Shown here: in pieces, positions 23,121 through 24,000 of the stretch
Numbering within the stretch: the stretch's first letter is position 1
Layout: each line of letters begins with the position of its first letter
Source of the DNA: Promethearchaeota archaeon
GTDB lineage: Archaea; Asgardarchaeota; Lokiarchaeia; Sigyniarchaeales; SOKP01
Reading direction: 5' to 3'
Length of the DNA stretch: 24,000 bases
NCBI GenBank assembly: GCA_019057795.1
Contig: JAHLWS010000082.1
Location: 161,538-185,537, forward strand
Made by a program: the position numbers and the translations under genes
Notes under the pieces: generated by a model
What the model saw: the letters and a program-made list of their open reading frames with translations, nothing else
What the model was told of the DNA's origin: nothing
Database searches by the model: none

Positions 23121-23160
23121 GTTTTGATTTGTTTTGATTTGTTTTGGTTTTGTTTTGATT
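23121..23160 (+). repeat. Tandem direct repeat of a 10-nt unit GTTTTGATTT (about 4 copies, one variant), preceded by (TTTAA)x3
   Basis: The sequence reads directly as gttttgattt gttttgattt gttttggttt tgttttgatt, with tttaatttaatttaa at 23101-23115. It lies 35-95 nt after the stop at 23066. Being T-rich, it may also act as a terminator. Confidence 0.8.
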
Positions 23161-23185
23161 CCGATTTTTGTATCTTATATTATTT

Positions 23186-23214
23186 ACGCAGCGTATTATT
23201 TTGATACGCTCCGT
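23186..23214. other. Imperfect palindrome / hairpin ACGCAGCGTAT-N7-ATACGCTCCGT (11-bp arms, 1 mismatch)
   Basis: Read directly from the sequence. It is a GC-rich island within an AT-rich intergenic region, about 85 nt upstream of the putative TTG start at 23297 and about 120 nt downstream of the stop at 23066. Confidence 0.6.
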
Positions 23215-23296
23215 AATTAATCCAAAAAGTTTATATAGACGATTTCAATTAGTAACATAATACTAAAAAAAATTAATCCTTGATGAAGCGAACAAT

Positions 23297-24000
23297 TTGA
23301 GTTTATCAGAATTTATTAAACAGCCAGACGTTAGGGCTAAGTTTAGACAAGAGTTTGTAAAGCTTCGAATTAATTTAGATAAACCGTTAATAGCACCTGT
23401 TATAACTTCGAACCCTCAAAAGATCGGTACCGCGTTCGATTACTTGCTGAGATTTTTCGCAAATTACCTAAACCCTAACGCGTTGTCTTATCAATGGGTT
23501 GCAGAAACGTCTTTAGAAATCTTAGATAAACTCAAGGACGACAATACGATGATAATAGATTCGAAATCTAAAATAGGTAAAGTTCGTACCTTGGATCAAT
23601 TATCTGCTAGGTATATTGAGGAGTTTAAAGAACTAAAAAACAAATCCTATTCCGAAGCGAAAAAAACTATTAAGAAAGCGAAAAAGAATCTTAGCGCTTA
23701 CTTAAATTCAGGGAAAATGAACGATAGTTTGATTGCTTCTGCGTTAAGTCTTGCTAAATTAGACGAATTAAAAAGAGCAGGTTATTTACCACCTACTGAA
23801 AAGCCGATCCCAGGTAAAAAAGATATGGAAGACTTACGAAAACTCTTTTCCATAATTAATCCAAAAACATTTAAAGCAAAGCACACTTGCGTGCTTAATC
23901 CTCACTTCGGTCCAGAAGCTTCGCAGTTATTACGCGCAGATGGCGATCTTATTCTCGACGACATGTTAATTGAAATTAAAACGGTAAAAAACTTTAAGGT
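23297..24000 (+). CDS. PD-(D/E)xK-superfamily nuclease-like protein, 3'-partial, with a probable non-ATG (TTG) start
   Basis: It is absent from the track because it runs off the window. The frame is open from 23276 (after TAA at 23273-23275) to the end. There is no in-frame ATG before the conserved-looking N-terminal region. TTG at 23297 gives LSLSEFIKQPDVRAKFRQEF...KIGTAFDYLLRF.... The catalytic-looking motif ADGDLILDDMLIEIKT (D...D-x(n)-E-I-K) lies at nt 23939-23983. Confidence 0.65.
   Translation, partial: MSLSEFIKQPDVRAKFRQEFVKLRINLDKPLIAPVITSNPQKIGTAFDYLLRFFANYLNPNALSYQWVAETSLEILDKLKDDNTMIIDSKSKIGKVRTLDQLSARYIEEFKELKNKSYSEAKKTIKKAKKNLSAYLNSGKMNDSLIASALSLAKLDELKRAGYLPPTEKPIPGKKDMEDLRKLFSIINPKTFKAKHTCVLNPHFGPEASQLLRADGDLILDDMLIEIKTVKNFK

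Noticed and set aside
23121-23160. Tandem GTTTTGATTT repeats considered as a CRISPR array.
   Set aside because: The unit is only 10 nt, the copies are contiguous without spacers, and no cas genes lie adjacent.
5081-23160. The GTTTTGATTT loci as terminal repeats delimiting an 18-kb mobile element.
   Set aside because: No integrase or transposase is present. The repeat is low-complexity. The apparent composition shift lies at about 13 kb rather than at either repeat locus.
1-24000. Search for tRNA, rRNA, CRISPR arrays, transposases, integrases and inteins.
   Set aside because: I saw no GC-rich cloverleaf-like segments, no spaced direct repeats of 24-40 nt, and no recombinase motifs in any long ORF. 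This was a by-eye scan only. tRNAscan-SE, Infernal and CRISPR finders should confirm it.

Overview
This is an AT-rich, gene-dense accessory region. It is most likely archaeal, judging from a Csa3-like CARF-wHTH regulator, Cas4/HerA-type domains, TATA-like boxes about 25 nt upstream of several starts, and oligo-T tracts after stops. This assignment is inference only. I saw no rRNA, tRNA, CRISPR array, transposase or integrase.

The left part (nt 2-12688) encodes:
- a 5'-partial protein with about 17 TPR repeats
- a short TcmP-like remnant
- a putative HEPN (RNAPSH) plus zinc-ribbon protein
- a three-domain metallophosphoesterase / helix-hairpin-helix / YprB-type RNase H-like exonuclease
- a small HTH ORF missed by the ORF track
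- a 1256-aa protein with an N-terminal Mrr-like PD-(D/E)xK nuclease and a very long helical region
- an orphan Csa3-like CARF-wHTH regulator

The most interesting feature is a tightly coupled four-gene plus-strand operon (about 13052-20948), divergent from that regulator. It encodes:
- (A) a Cas4-type Fe-S nuclease fused to a HerA-type ATPase
- (B) a beta-CASP metallo-beta-lactamase nuclease
- (C) a protein with a wHTH-like N-terminus and a GrpE-like C-terminal half
- (D) a 905-aa Hsp70 paralog whose lid is replaced by HEAT-like repeats

I do not recognise this gene set as any named defence or repair system.

The operon and the genes to its right look richer in GC and CpG codons than the left part, based on spot counts only. 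The right end holds small unknown genes and a 3'-partial PD-(D/E)xK nuclease gene with no ATG start. All functional calls rest on motifs read by eye from the translations. No database search was possible.
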